Below, piece by piece: positions 9,485 through 18,945 of a stretch of 55,830 nucleotides of DNA. The notes beneath the pieces are model-generated. The model had not been told where the DNA came from and did not search any database. It was given only the letters and a program-made list of their open reading frames with translations. This DNA is from a virus (taxonomy: Duplodnaviria; Caudoviricetes): the IMG/VR virus record IMGVR_UViG_3300049811_000327, positions 1-55,830 of that record. The stretch is one strand, 5' to 3'. Position numbers and translations under genes: made by a program. The number at the start of each line of letters is the position of its first letter. Positions within the stretch are counted from its first letter, which is position 1.

Positions 9485-9805
9485 TCAGGGTCGGGTTCGG
9501 CGATGGCCACCCTTGGCCACAAGGACCAGTTGTCTCGAAGCTTGAGAGGCCGCGGCCTCTGGAGCGATGGGCGTCCCAGCCCTCGCCTGTACCTCTGCCC
9601 ACCAACTGGCAAAGGCCCCTGGGTGTAGGATCCTGCGCTCAGGGGTCCCAGGCAGACGAGGAGATGGGTCTGGAGCACCCATTCGCCACAAGTCACCGAT
9701 GGTGTCCAGAGCCCATGGGAAGCCAACGATGTAGGGCGTCAAGACCTCAATCAGATCGGCCTCGGTGACGATGTGTGGCTTGGAGAAGACCTGTTCTGAA
9801 CCCAT
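9485..9805 (-). CDS. Hypothetical protein
   Basis: 106 aa; start overlaps the portal stop; GGAG RBS. Confidence 0.6.
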   Translation of the reverse strand: MGSEQVFSKPHIVTEADLIEVLTPYIVGFPWALDTIGDLWRMGAPDPSPRLPGTPERRILHPGAFASWWAEVQARAGTPIAPEAAASQASRQLVLVAKGGHRRTRP

Positions 9806-11148
9806 CAGATTGCTCCCTGTTCGAAACGCATCAAGGCAGCAGACAGCCCGCTTGCGTCAGCCTGCTCCTCAGCCATGCGAACCTGCTCCACCTCCCAGTC
9901 TCGACCTCTCAAGCCAGCAGCGGTCTGACGAGAGAGGATGCCGAGGCCCATCTCCTTCTCAATGCCAGAGACCTCTTCCTCATCGTTCAGCGGCAAGGAG
10001 TCAGCCCATTCGATGTCCACGGTGACTGCATACCCAAGCATCTCCATACCAAGGGCGAAGACAGCCGTGATACCGTTCCTGTAGAGGTTGCGCTTGGTGT
10101 CCAACTTGTCAAGGGCATCCTTGAAGATCGTCCGCAGGAAGAAGTTGGACAGGTACTGGGGGCCGCTGGTAGTGAAGGCCAAGAGGTCTACACCACGACC
10201 TTCCGCAAAGAAGAGCTTCTGCAGCTGACCAAAGAAGTTGAGAGTGGCCGCAAGGTCCGACGTCATCTCCAAGTTGTACACCTTGGCGTCAGGGTTGGGG
10301 ATCGCCCAAAACCCGTTGACGGCCGTGGGTTGAACCTGAGAGGCCTCGACCCCGACACCGATCGTCTTGGGGTGTGCATGGACGTCAATGATGCGGAGCA
10401 CGTCAGAGGCCAAGAAGTTGACGTGAAGGTTGAGGTCTGCGTCGAGCAGATCAGGCTCGCCGTAGTAGGTATTGAGTGACGGAAGGTTCTTCCAGTCGAT
10501 GATGGGCGAGTAAGACGCAGTCCACTCGAGAAGGCTATCCTCAACCCAGTGAGGCTTGTTGGTCGGTTTGTGAAGATCACGAACGAACCACGCTTGGGCC
10601 GTCTCATCGAAGAAGATGTCTTGACGGTAGATGGTGCGCCCAGCCTCCCAAGCGATCATGTAGGCCACGGGCTTACTAACATCGTCAGCTCGCCAGAAGG
10701 CCGTCACCATCGATGTATCGAGCAGCACCCAACGCGGCACGCCGCCCTCCTTCTCAGGAGGCAGGACCTTGCAGAAACAGTGGCCGGAGATCGCACCCAT
10801 CAGGGCAACGCTGTGAAGGAAGATAGGCAGGTTGTTGGCTGTAGTGGTAGCCGTCCACGCCGCCAGAACCTCATCCGAAGGCTCGTCGCTGGGCCCATCA
10901 TAGAGCTCGATCGTCGGCTGGACACCCATGAAGAGCGACACGGCCTGGTTGATGATACGGCGAACGAGGTTGATCACAACGTTGTCATCACGCACTGATG
11001 GGTCCGACACCAACGGTTTGGGAAACTTGTTGGAGTAGTAATCGTTCATCGCTCGAATCGTAGCGCGACGCTCTGCTCGCTCAGGCCCTGCCAGGTCGTA
11101 GAGAATCTTCGGGTTTTCGCTAAGAGAGTAACTGTTGAGGGGCGGCAT
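9805..11148 (-). CDS. Portal protein (SPP1 gp6-like)
   Basis: About 447 aa following TerL; NLVRRIINQAVSLFMG, IEWADSLPLND, GILSRQTA; GGAGG RBS. Confidence 0.85.
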   Translation of the reverse strand: MPPLNSYSLSENPKILYDLAGPERAERRATIRAMNDYYSNKFPKPLVSDPSVRDDNVVINLVRRIINQAVSLFMGVQPTIELYDGPSDEPSDEVLAAWTATTTANNLPIFLHSVALMGAISGHCFCKVLPPEKEGGVPRWVLLDTSMVTAFWRADDVSKPVAYMIAWEAGRTIYRQDIFFDETAQAWFVRDLHKPTNKPHWVEDSLLEWTASYSPIIDWKNLPSLNTYYGEPDLLDADLNLHVNFLASDVLRIIDVHAHPKTIGVGVEASQVQPTAVNGFWAIPNPDAKVYNLEMTSDLAATLNFFGQLQKLFFAEGRGVDLLAFTTSGPQYLSNFFLRTIFKDALDKLDTKRNLYRNGITAVFALGMEMLGYAVTVDIEWADSLPLNDEEEVSGIEKEMGLGILSRQTAAGLRGRDWEVEQVRMAEEQADASGLSAALMRFEQGAI

Positions 11149-12577
11149 TTGAGCCTCCGTAGAATGGGTTTGTTGTCTGTTGGATGGAGCGAGACGGCTC
11201 CTTGGCAACGATGAACGAAGAGATGGCCCAGACAAGGGCGTCCATACGGTTGGGTGACGGATCGCCTGGCGTCCAGAGACACATTTCGTCTTCCAACTGA
11301 TAGAACGAACCGACGTGATGGACCAGGCCCTTCTTGTAGAGGACCGAGACGGGCTGGGCTCTGGCCTGCTTCCCACGGCTAGCCCAGACAAGCTTGACTG
11401 GCACCTTTGGGTCGATCTGGGCGATCACTTGTGCGACCATCTCACCGCCATTGTTGGACTCGGCGACGATGTAGTCGGCCTCAAACGAGTAAAAGGCCTC
11501 GACCGCAGCCTGGCCCCAATCGGTCGGAGACCCCTGTATCGAGTCGTCGCGAAGGACGTAGATCTGACCTTCTGCACCAACACGACCAACGGCTACGACA
11601 CCTGCCTCATCACCTGCGGATGTCGCCGAGGGGTCAACCCCAATGACTACCTGAGAACAGGCCCTGAAGTCGAATGGGGTCGTGATCCGTCCCTCTTCTA
11701 GGGTCTGGCGAGACCAAAGGGCGCCTGGTACCTCAGTGACGTCCTCGGCCAAGATCTCCATCCTATAGGCCATCGGAGTCATGTCAGCAGCGATCTCGGA
11801 CAGGGCCGCAGTGTTGAGATACGGGTTGGAGTGTGACGAGAATGCGAAGACCGCCCACTTGCCAGTCGTGTCAGCCTGCGCCTTGGCGTAGAGGCGAGCT
11901 GCGTAACGAGGGTCGCCACCCGTGCTCTTCTTGGCCGAGGCCAGTGAGGGTGGGGTGTAGATAAAGACGGCTGTGCCACCAGTGTCCAACATCATGGGAG
12001 CGCCGACGCGGTCCCAAGTGTCTGGGTGCATCAACTGGAACTCGTCCAAGATGAGGACGTCGGCGAAGTCACCTCGCATCGTGTCGGCGTTCCAGGCCGT
12101 CTTCGCCTTGATCCGACCCAGGCCACCCTTGCCCCTGAGGGTGTGACTCGACAGGTTGGCCTTGACCACCTTTTGCTCGATCAGGGCCAGAAGGGCCTCG
12201 ACGACGGCGTCCCAGAAGGCACCAAGTTGGTCTGCAGTCGGGGTCGCGTAGAGGACCCGTCGGCCACTCATCATCGCCATGACGGCCATGATCGCGGCCC
12301 CTACAGTCTTGCCACCACGGCGACCAGCCCTGATCACCTTACGGGTAGCCCGTGACTCGATGAAGCGCAACTGTTCGGGGTGAGGGTTGGGCAGAAGCAC
12401 CTCGATCACGTTCTCTCGTCTCACCCTGTCCAGGGCACGGGGCGGTCCAACCCCACGGCCCTCTTTCTCGTGCCAACGTTGGATGACGTGGGCTGGGCGT
12501 GGGTCGCTTTGCCGCTCCACCGTTGACTCAAGAAGGGCAGCCTTGGCAGCCTTGACAGCAGGCGATGGCTTGATCAC
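11120..12577 (-). CDS. terL: Terminase large subunit
   Basis: Walker A AGRRGGKT, Walker B LILDE, nuclease motifs GVDPS, ESNNGG, SPNRMDALVWA; GTG start overlaps the upstream stop. Confidence 0.93.
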   Translation of the reverse strand: MIKPSPAVKAAKAALLESTVERQSDPRPAHVIQRWHEKEGRGVGPPRALDRVRRENVIEVLLPNPHPEQLRFIESRATRKVIRAGRRGGKTVGAAIMAVMAMMSGRRVLYATPTADQLGAFWDAVVEALLALIEQKVVKANLSSHTLRGKGGLGRIKAKTAWNADTMRGDFADVLILDEFQLMHPDTWDRVGAPMMLDTGGTAVFIYTPPSLASAKKSTGGDPRYAARLYAKAQADTTGKWAVFAFSSHSNPYLNTAALSEIAADMTPMAYRMEILAEDVTEVPGALWSRQTLEEGRITTPFDFRACSQVVIGVDPSATSAGDEAGVVAVGRVGAEGQIYVLRDDSIQGSPTDWGQAAVEAFYSFEADYIVAESNNGGEMVAQVIAQIDPKVPVKLVWASRGKQARAQPVSVLYKKGLVHHVGSFYQLEDEMCLWTPGDPSPNRMDALVWAISSFIVAKEPSRSIQQTTNPFYGGSNAAPQQLLS

Positions 12578-13194
12578 TCGGGCACCTCTTCCAGTGGGGC
12601 TGCGACCTGTAGGTAGTTGAGACCGTTGGAGCCCCAAACATCACGATATGGGGCCTCGGCAGGCTGCTCGAAGTAGACAGGTGGTCCGTCTTCGAACACC
12701 TCTTCTTCGTCCTCGACCCTCTCCCTGACGCCTAGCATCATCGTCCGTTCGACCGTTCCCTCGCCCTTGCCGCCCTTGAAGACTACCTCGACGCGAACGT
12801 TGCCCTTACCCTCATCGTCTTCGATCTCTGTTGGTGGCGGTGCTCCAAAGGCGGTGTCGAGGAAGCGAGCCTGGACCCTTGGGTCTCGGCTGTTGGCCCA
12901 GTCTCGAAGGATCTTCTCTGCCACGGACAGGTAGTGGTCATCGAGCCAAAGGGGCTCGGCCGTCGCTGGGTCCCTTGCCGGCTCTCTTGCGATCGAGTTG
13001 GCCAGGGCACGAAGGGCCTTGAAGGAGTTGCCGGGCTTGAGGACTGGTCCTGGGATCTTTGCTACCTCGGGCATCGTATCACCCCTTGACTTAGCCAGCC
13101 CCTTGGCTTCTCCAATGGGGACGATCAGAGAGCGAGGGTCAACCTTCGACCCCTTGGCCTTGTCTTGCGGCTCGACACTCGGGCCAGCAGTCAT
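12574..13194 (-). CDS. Putative terminase small subunit
   Basis: Immediately upstream of TerL; FLDTAFGAP resembles TerS motifs. Confidence 0.5.
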   Translation of the reverse strand: MTAGPSVEPQDKAKGSKVDPRSLIVPIGEAKGLAKSRGDTMPEVAKIPGPVLKPGNSFKALRALANSIAREPARDPATAEPLWLDDHYLSVAEKILRDWANSRDPRVQARFLDTAFGAPPPTEIEDDEGKGNVRVEVVFKGGKGEGTVERTMMLGVRERVEDEEEVFEDGPPVYFEQPAEAPYRDVWGSNGLNYLQVAAPLEEVPE

Positions 13195-13496
13195 TCAACG
13201 CCTCTCAGGAACGGCAGGTCGACAGGGATTGTCAGCAGGCCGAGGCGCTCAATCTGTTTGGCAACCACGGTAGCGCCCTGAGGGTCTGGCCCGGATTGAA
13301 TCCGGTCGAGCTCAACCGAGGCACCGATCATTACATCGATGGCTCGGTTACGACGACGAACCAGGCCGGCTACCACAGTGTTCAGATTTGCTGGGCCAAG
13401 GATACGGCGACGCTCTTCAGCATTACGTCGCTGCCAGGTAGCCTTAGCGGCGGTAGACTTGGCAGAGGTTGAGGGTTGGGAGGTTGATTGATCCAT
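13191..13496 (-). CDS. Hypothetical protein, first gene of the leftward operon
   Basis: 101 aa; stop overlaps the next start. Confidence 0.55.
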   Translation of the reverse strand: MDQSTSQPSTSAKSTAAKATWQRRNAEERRRILGPANLNTVVAGLVRRRNRAIDVMIGASVELDRIQSGPDPQGATVVAKQIERLGLLTIPVDLPFLRGVE

Positions 13497-13594
13497 TTGA
13501 CGGTCATCTTTCTTTCTAGTTGGAAGTTAGAGAGAGAAGGGGCCTTCAACCACCATGGAGGAGATTCAACGAGAAGGCCTCTTCCCTTAGGACA

Positions 13595-13623
13595 ATTGTA
13601 TCACATGAGATGAAAGAAGTACA
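13595..13623 (-). promoter_or_regulatory. Leftward promoter TGTACT-N17-TACAAT with extended TG
   Basis: Minus strand reads TGTACT tctttcatctcatgTGa TACAAT, in the AT-rich divergent gap 13497-14010. Confidence 0.7.
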
Positions 13624-13679
13624 TTCTTTTTGCATTCTTTTTCACATTTACATTCAAACTCATACATGATCCATAAATG

Positions 13680-13762
13680 ATTCAGGAGTGTTCTTTTCTT
13701 GAAGATGATAGATCATACATTTCTAATAGAGAAAGAGCTCTGAGTCACTCTGAGAGCTTCAG
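13680..13762. repeat. Dispersed palindromic element, copy d (core GATGATAGATCATACATT at 13704-13721)
   Basis: Degenerate core with CAGGAGTG and CTCTGAGTCACTCTGAG arms. Confidence 0.6.
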
Positions 13763-13899
13763 ATGAGGAAGGGAGATCATCTTCTATCTTACTTCTCTTT
13801 CCTATTCCTATTCTTAGTTAGATTAGATGAGCTAGGCCCAAAGTATGCTCGCCATGAATGAAAGTTGACCAATGAGAGGGTCATTTGATTAAGACTGAA

Positions 13900-13957
13900 C
13901 GAACTTGGAAAATTTAACATTTCAGCTATGTACATTTTCCCAAAAGTATGATATGAT
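13900..13957 (+). promoter_or_regulatory. Early promoter repeat P1
   Basis: CGAACTTGGAAAATTTAACATTTCAGCTA-TGTACA(13929)-N17-TATGAT(13952). Confidence 0.85.
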
Positions 13958-14010
13958 CAACTTGTCGATCGGATTCACAACTCTCTCCCAAACGAAAGGT
14001 ACTCACTCCA

Positions 14011-15186
14011 ATGGCAACCTCGGTTCTCTCCACTCATGCAATTCGGCTCATCTTTTGTGAGACTCAGATCTATTTGATCTCTGGTGGTCACTGCTGGTCT
14101 CATCCCAATCACGACAAAACTCTCGCAAACACTGCACAGACTGCCATGTGCTCCTTGCGTACTACGTCTGATGGAGACATTTCGATCGCTTTCATTACTG
14201 GGACACGATCTCCGATCAGCGTTTCGGCCCTCAAGCCATCTTCCATTGAAATCGCAAAGGCACAGGCCCCTTGGGCATTCACAAGCCATGCAGACCTCAC
14301 GGAGGCACCTGCTACTCCCACCCCTACTCAGGCTGCAACAGCGGTGAGTGTTGAAATCGATGGTGATGAGGAAGTTCCGACGGCACCTTTACCCACCAAG
14401 GTGAAGTTAGCCAAGGACGCCTTCTACATCAACTCGGTCAACCTCAAGCTGCTGAAGGTCGCTGCCGGGATGGCGAGAGATGAGGGCAGTGCCAACGTCC
14501 TCTTGGTTGGCCCCTCTGGCTACGGAAAGACTTCGTTGGCAGCAGCGTTTGCTCGCATGGCTGGCATGGAGTATGTTCGGTTCAACTGCGCTGTCGTAAG
14601 GGACCCCGAAGAGTTCTTCGGCATTAGAGGAGCTGCCAACGGCACGACCACCTTCACTCACACGGAGTTCACCAGGGCGGTCATGGCAGGAAACACGGTC
14701 GTTTGCCTCGACGAGGTCAATCGCTTGGAGCCGTGGTTGTTGAACGCCCTCTTCCCCATGTTGGATGATGATCGCTCCACCACGATCCACGGCCACACCA
14801 TCACGGTCGCACCCAACACCATCTTCGTCATGACGATGAACCAGGGGTATCGCTACACTGGCACCTTCGTCATCGATGCGGCGTTCTCCAATCGAGCTCA
14901 CATGATTCTCAAGGTGGGACCGATGGATGCGAACGAGGAGACGACTGTCATCGTTCATCGGGCGAAGATCAGTAGGGATGTGGCGGCCATCATCGTCAAG
15001 GCAGCCAACTCACTGCGCAAGCAGGACCTCGATTGTGACGTCTCGACCCGCATGACTCTCAACGTTGCACGCTTCACACGCTACGGGCTGTCGGTGATGG
15101 AGGCCTTTGAGGCAGCCATCGGGAACAACGCAAGTGAAGTGGACCACAAGCGTCTGATCGACGCCGTGAAGATGGCTGTTGGATGA
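14011..15186 (+). CDS. MoxR/CbbQ/CobS-like AAA+ ATPase
   Basis: Walker A GPSGYGKT, Walker B CLDEVNR, TMNQGYRYTGT, DAAFSNR, STR sensor. Confidence 0.88.
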   Translation: MATSVLSTHAIRLIFCETQIYLISGGHCWSHPNHDKTLANTAQTAMCSLRTTSDGDISIAFITGTRSPISVSALKPSSIEIAKAQAPWAFTSHADLTEAPATPTPTQAATAVSVEIDGDEEVPTAPLPTKVKLAKDAFYINSVNLKLLKVAAGMARDEGSANVLLVGPSGYGKTSLAAAFARMAGMEYVRFNCAVVRDPEEFFGIRGAANGTTTFTHTEFTRAVMAGNTVVCLDEVNRLEPWLLNALFPMLDDDRSTTIHGHTITVAPNTIFVMTMNQGYRYTGTFVIDAAFSNRAHMILKVGPMDANEETTVIVHRAKISRDVAAIIVKAANSLRKQDLDCDVSTRMTLNVARFTRYGLSVMEAFEAAIGNNASEVDHKRLIDAVKMAVG

Positions 15187-15190
15187 CGGT

Positions 15191-15274
15191 GTGAAGGGGC
15201 CAAGGCGGTGGGGGGCCGAGAGAGTTCGGTCGACACTAGCAGGGGGGAGGCCCTCACCGCCTTGGTCCTTTCAC
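15191..15274 (+). other. Long RNA hairpin (about 26-bp stem)
   Basis: 15191-15217 pairs with 15249-15274, with G.U pairs and one bulge. Confidence 0.65.
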
Positions 15275-15278
15275 TCAA

Positions 15279-15336
15279 CGAACTTTGGAAATTTAACCTT
15301 TCTGATATGTACATTTCGACAAAAGCGTGATATGAT
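15279..15336 (+). promoter_or_regulatory. Early promoter repeat P2
   Basis: TGTACA(15308)-N17-TATGAT(15331) with a slightly diverged upstream box. Confidence 0.85.
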
Positions 15337-15378
15337 AGTCTCGTAAGCCAAACTCACTCGAACGAAAGGACCTGAACG

Positions 15379-17286
15379 ATGACTTCCCCTCTCTCTCCCA
15401 TCATCTTCGCAACAGGAACAACGACAACCTTCAAGTGTCCGTTGGTCGATCCTTCGCGGCTGGATGTTGGGTTTGTCGCCAAGTGGTACGAGACATTGGG
15501 TGACATCAGCTTTGTTGAGGCAGTTGCAGGTTCAACATCACTGATTCGCGGCATCTGCAACAAAGAGGCAACGATCGAGTTCTTCCGCCCTGAAAGAGAC
15601 AGTGGCGCAGCTGGAGCGGCGGACTTCACATCGACCCCTCCTCGCATCTTCATCTCCAAGATTTTCGTCTCTTCTTCCTTGGAACTTTGGCCCATTGAGA
15701 CGCGAAAGCTTGCTAGCATCGGTGCATGCAATGGTACGATCACACATGAAGCGCTACACATTCTGCACACGTTTCCTCACATGACGGCGGTTCGCACACT
15801 AAGACAGAACGAGATGTCGGCCTTCCAAATCATCGAAGACCTCTTCATCGAAACTGAGTGCAAAGTCAACTTCCCAGCACTCTTACCGTTCATCTCTCTC
15901 AAAAACGCCTTCCTCTTCTCAGCCGCAATTGAGAGTATGTGGGAAACAAAGCGATTTGGGATGACGACGGCCTCAGCTGTTGAGTTGATCGCAAAAGTGA
16001 TCCCGATGATCAAGTACTTCCGCAGCAGTGGCTTCGTCGAGTTTGTCCTCCACGTCGTCGGAGAGTCAGTTGAGAATCGGGCAATAGCTGAGAAAGTGCA
16101 AGACATCGCGAATCGGGCGATGGTTGCGGGTCTTCCCATCAACGTACGTATTGCTCTCGCTATCGAGCTGGCAGGTCTCCTTTACGCATTCACAGGCGGG
16201 ACAGGGATTGCACAGGAGAACGTCTACACGTTGAGTAAAACTATCTCATCTACCTGCAAGCTGGACAAAGCCTTTATGAAGAAGGCCATTGGCGGCAGCG
16301 GTGAAGAGGATGATGAAAAGGATGAAGGTGACGACGAGGACAGCGACGACGAGGACAGCGACGACGAGGACGCAAGACGAACGGAGCTGAGCGAGATTGA
16401 TGCGGCTCGTAAAGCTCTCAAGGAGCTCTCGATGGAGTTGAGAATGGCATCCTTTGGATCGGCGAGCGGTATTCTCAACAACATTCCAGTCTTTGTCATT
16501 AAGACACCGATGGCTCATAAGGAGCTCGAGGCGAGTGTTGAAACGACGAACCTTTCGAAGCATCTTCGTCAAATTCAAACCCCTCGCACAACCGTTGGTG
16601 AACCGCGAACCAGTGGTCGCATTGCAAACACTCGCCTGTGGAGAATCGCCACTGATGGCAAGATCTTTGCTGAGCGAATGCACATCGATCGATCTGCAAG
16701 ATCTTACGAGTTTGCGATCGCGGTCGACGCAAGCAGTTCAATGGGACCGACATTCTTCAAGCAGGTCTTAACGACAGCAGCCGGCATCAAGATGGACATA
16801 AACGAAGGAGGTTTTCCCGCTCAGCTGCTAGCCTTCTCTGCAGACACGCACTTGACGGAAGACGAAATCAACTGCGCAATCTACCTCATTGGAGATCGAG
16901 GGCGCATGCAGATGACGGAAATGAGGCGTTACCTTTACGAAGCGATTCAGATCAACCTCGCAGAGAATCGTGACAATCTCATGATCACTTGGGCATCGAA
17001 GAATTGCTTCACTGATCGTCACGACACTGTCAAGGTCCTCTTGGTCTTGAGTGATGGGAGTCCTTCGGCAAAGATGTTCAGACGAGAAACGGCTGAAAAG
17101 GCAACGCTGAAGGCGATTGAAGACGCACGCAGTCAAGGAATCATCGTCATCGGCGTTAGCATCAAGAATGGTGTGGTTAAGAGCAACGACGAGATGTATG
17201 GCTCTAAATTCCACGTTGACGCATCTACCCCTGGAACGATTGGCGAACAGATCGCCAAGACAATCAACAGTATCTTCGAGAGCTAG
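15379..17286 (+). CDS. VWA-domain protein with N-terminal HExxH metallopeptidase-like region (CobT-like AAA partner)
   Basis: THEALH...IIED; acidic linker with a 15-bp repeat at 16330-16371 (DDEDS); MIDAS AVDASSSM and LSDG. Confidence 0.82.
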   Translation: MTSPLSPIIFATGTTTTFKCPLVDPSRLDVGFVAKWYETLGDISFVEAVAGSTSLIRGICNKEATIEFFRPERDSGAAGAADFTSTPPRIFISKIFVSSSLELWPIETRKLASIGACNGTITHEALHILHTFPHMTAVRTLRQNEMSAFQIIEDLFIETECKVNFPALLPFISLKNAFLFSAAIESMWETKRFGMTTASAVELIAKVIPMIKYFRSSGFVEFVLHVVGESVENRAIAEKVQDIANRAMVAGLPINVRIALAIELAGLLYAFTGGTGIAQENVYTLSKTISSTCKLDKAFMKKAIGGSGEEDDEKDEGDDEDSDDEDSDDEDARRTELSEIDAARKALKELSMELRMASFGSASGILNNIPVFVIKTPMAHKELEASVETTNLSKHLRQIQTPRTTVGEPRTSGRIANTRLWRIATDGKIFAERMHIDRSARSYEFAIAVDASSSMGPTFFKQVLTTAAGIKMDINEGGFPAQLLAFSADTHLTEDEINCAIYLIGDRGRMQMTEMRRYLYEAIQINLAENRDNLMITWASKNCFTDRHDTVKVLLVLSDGSPSAKMFRRETAEKATLKAIEDARSQGIIVIGVSIKNGVVKSNDEMYGSKFHVDASTPGTIGEQIAKTINSIFES

Positions 17287-17297
17287 GAGGCTCACAA

Positions 17298-17978
17298 ATG
17301 GCAACATCGATTTTCACCAAAGGCAGTGTTCCTAAAGGCGGCGGCGGCCGTTTCGTCAAGATTGACGCAGACTCTACCGTCGAACTGGTTCCACTCATGG
17401 GCGTGGATGGAATGATCGGCTTCCACCAGCACGCCTTCTGGATGGAGGACGGCTCCTCACCGATCTTTCCCTGCATCCGAGAAGACTGCCCCGGCTGCCA
17501 GCTCGGCGACGAGCCGTCGTGGAAGGCCACGATGATGGTCATCCAGGTCGAAGGCAAGGAGCGCGAGCAGCGCATCTGGACCTTTGGCGCATCAATCGCT
17601 CGTCAGCTCACCGAGTTGGAGAGCACGATCGGGTCGACGATCGCCGGCCAGCTCCTGCGGGTCCGTCGCGCAGGCACAGGTCTGAAAACGCGCTACACCG
17701 TCGTGGCCACCGGGCGCCGTGCCAAGATCGATGGCATCACCTTCGACGAGGCTGATCTGATCAAGGAGCTCGGCCCCACCGTGCGCAACGAGATCATCGC
17801 CAAGTTGGTCGAGGCTGGCGTACCGGGAGCGGTTTCTCTCAAGGCGTCCAAGGTCAAGTCGACCAGCGCCGCGAAGGAAAGCACCAAGACCGAAGCGCAC
17901 ACGAGCGGGTCCACCTCCGCGGACGACATGCTGGACGACGAGTGGACGGCTGTCGAGGAAGACATCGACGCGCTGTAG
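17298..17978 (+). CDS. Single-stranded DNA-binding protein (gp32-like)
   Basis: H...C..EDCPGC metal-binding pattern, RRAGTGLKTRY, acidic C-terminal tail; AGGAGG RBS. Confidence 0.7.
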   Translation: MATSIFTKGSVPKGGGGRFVKIDADSTVELVPLMGVDGMIGFHQHAFWMEDGSSPIFPCIREDCPGCQLGDEPSWKATMMVIQVEGKEREQRIWTFGASIARQLTELESTIGSTIAGQLLRVRRAGTGLKTRYTVVATGRRAKIDGITFDEADLIKELGPTVRNEIIAKLVEAGVPGAVSLKASKVKSTSAAKESTKTEAHTSGSTSADDMLDDEWTAVEEDIDAL

Positions 17979-18072
17979 GCCCAAGAGGCCGAAACTAAGC
18001 GAAGAGGCGAGGCTCCTTACTAGCCCAGAAGCTCCAGGGGCCTCGCCGCTTACTCCCACAAGCGAGGATGAC

Positions 18073-18945
18073 ATGATATACATCATCGATGGCAGGAAAG
18101 GCTCTGGGAAGACCACGACAGTCAGAGCCTTGGCCAAACATTTCGAGTCGCAAGGCTTGGCCGTTCTTGAAGTCAAGCCGAGCCCACCCTCACCCGCTGA
18201 GAGCCTGGCGCAGAGCTGGATGCGTGTGTTGCGCAGCACCGAAGGCGTCGACGTGGCGATCATCGATCGTGGTCTTGGCACCGAGTGGATTTACGGCCGC
18301 CAACGTCACTTCGATCCCGAGTACTTCTACGAGATTCAGAAGCTGGACATCGAGGCGAAGCAGAACTTCTCCATCATCGAGGTGACCCTCGTCTGCGAAG
18401 ACCCCTTCAGTCGCGGGCGTGAGCCGTGGGAAGGGATGGACCTGGACACGACCGCCGAGTGGTTGACTTGGGGCTCTGTTCACTCATCGATCATCATCAA
18501 CACCGACCAGGACCCCACCGAGAAGGTCATCGAAAAGATCACTGCGATCGAGATACCCGACGACCTTTCGGGAGCCCCCAATCTCTATGACGTTATCCCC
18601 CTTGGTTATGAGGACATCTCCCTCTTCGAGCTCTTCATGCGACAGCGCAAGCTGATGACGCTCCTGGACCTGCAACCTGGCCACACAGGCATTATGTCAG
18701 CCACTCTTGGCCTGGCCTCAGAGGCAGGTGAAGTCGCCGACCTGGTGAATGACTTCAAGGCGCCATGGGCAGGGAAGTTGGCGGACAACCGTGAACACAT
18801 GCTCGAAGAGTTGGTGGACGTGATCTTCTACGTTGTTGAGCTCTTCATCATGATGGGTGGCACCAGTACAGATCTCTCAGACACCTACATGGCCAAGTGG
18901 TCGCGCAACATCAGGCGTGCCATGGAGCGACGTGATGACGCATAG
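18073..18945 (+). CDS. Fusion of dNMP kinase (P-loop) and MazG-like NTP pyrophosphohydrolase
   Basis: IDGRKGSGKTT and IIDRG in the N-terminal half; GLASEAGEVAD...EELVDV in the C-terminal half. Confidence 0.8.
   Translation: MIYIIDGRKGSGKTTTVRALAKHFESQGLAVLEVKPSPPSPAESLAQSWMRVLRSTEGVDVAIIDRGLGTEWIYGRQRHFDPEYFYEIQKLDIEAKQNFSIIEVTLVCEDPFSRGREPWEGMDLDTTAEWLTWGSVHSSIIINTDQDPTEKVIEKITAIEIPDDLSGAPNLYDVIPLGYEDISLFELFMRQRKLMTLLDLQPGHTGIMSATLGLASEAGEVADLVNDFKAPWAGKLADNREHMLEELVDVIFYVVELFIMMGGTSTDLSDTYMAKWSRNIRRAMERRDDA

Noticed and set aside
14011-17286. Cobalamin biosynthesis genes cobS/cobT as auxiliary metabolic genes
   Set aside because: No cobN or other cob genes are present; a generic MoxR-VWA pair explains the motifs.
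17973-18056. Hammerhead-like string CTGTA-GGCC-CAAGA-GGCC-GAAAC
   Set aside because: The core lacks two bases of CUGANGA, the stem III closing pair is mismatched, and no stem I forms.
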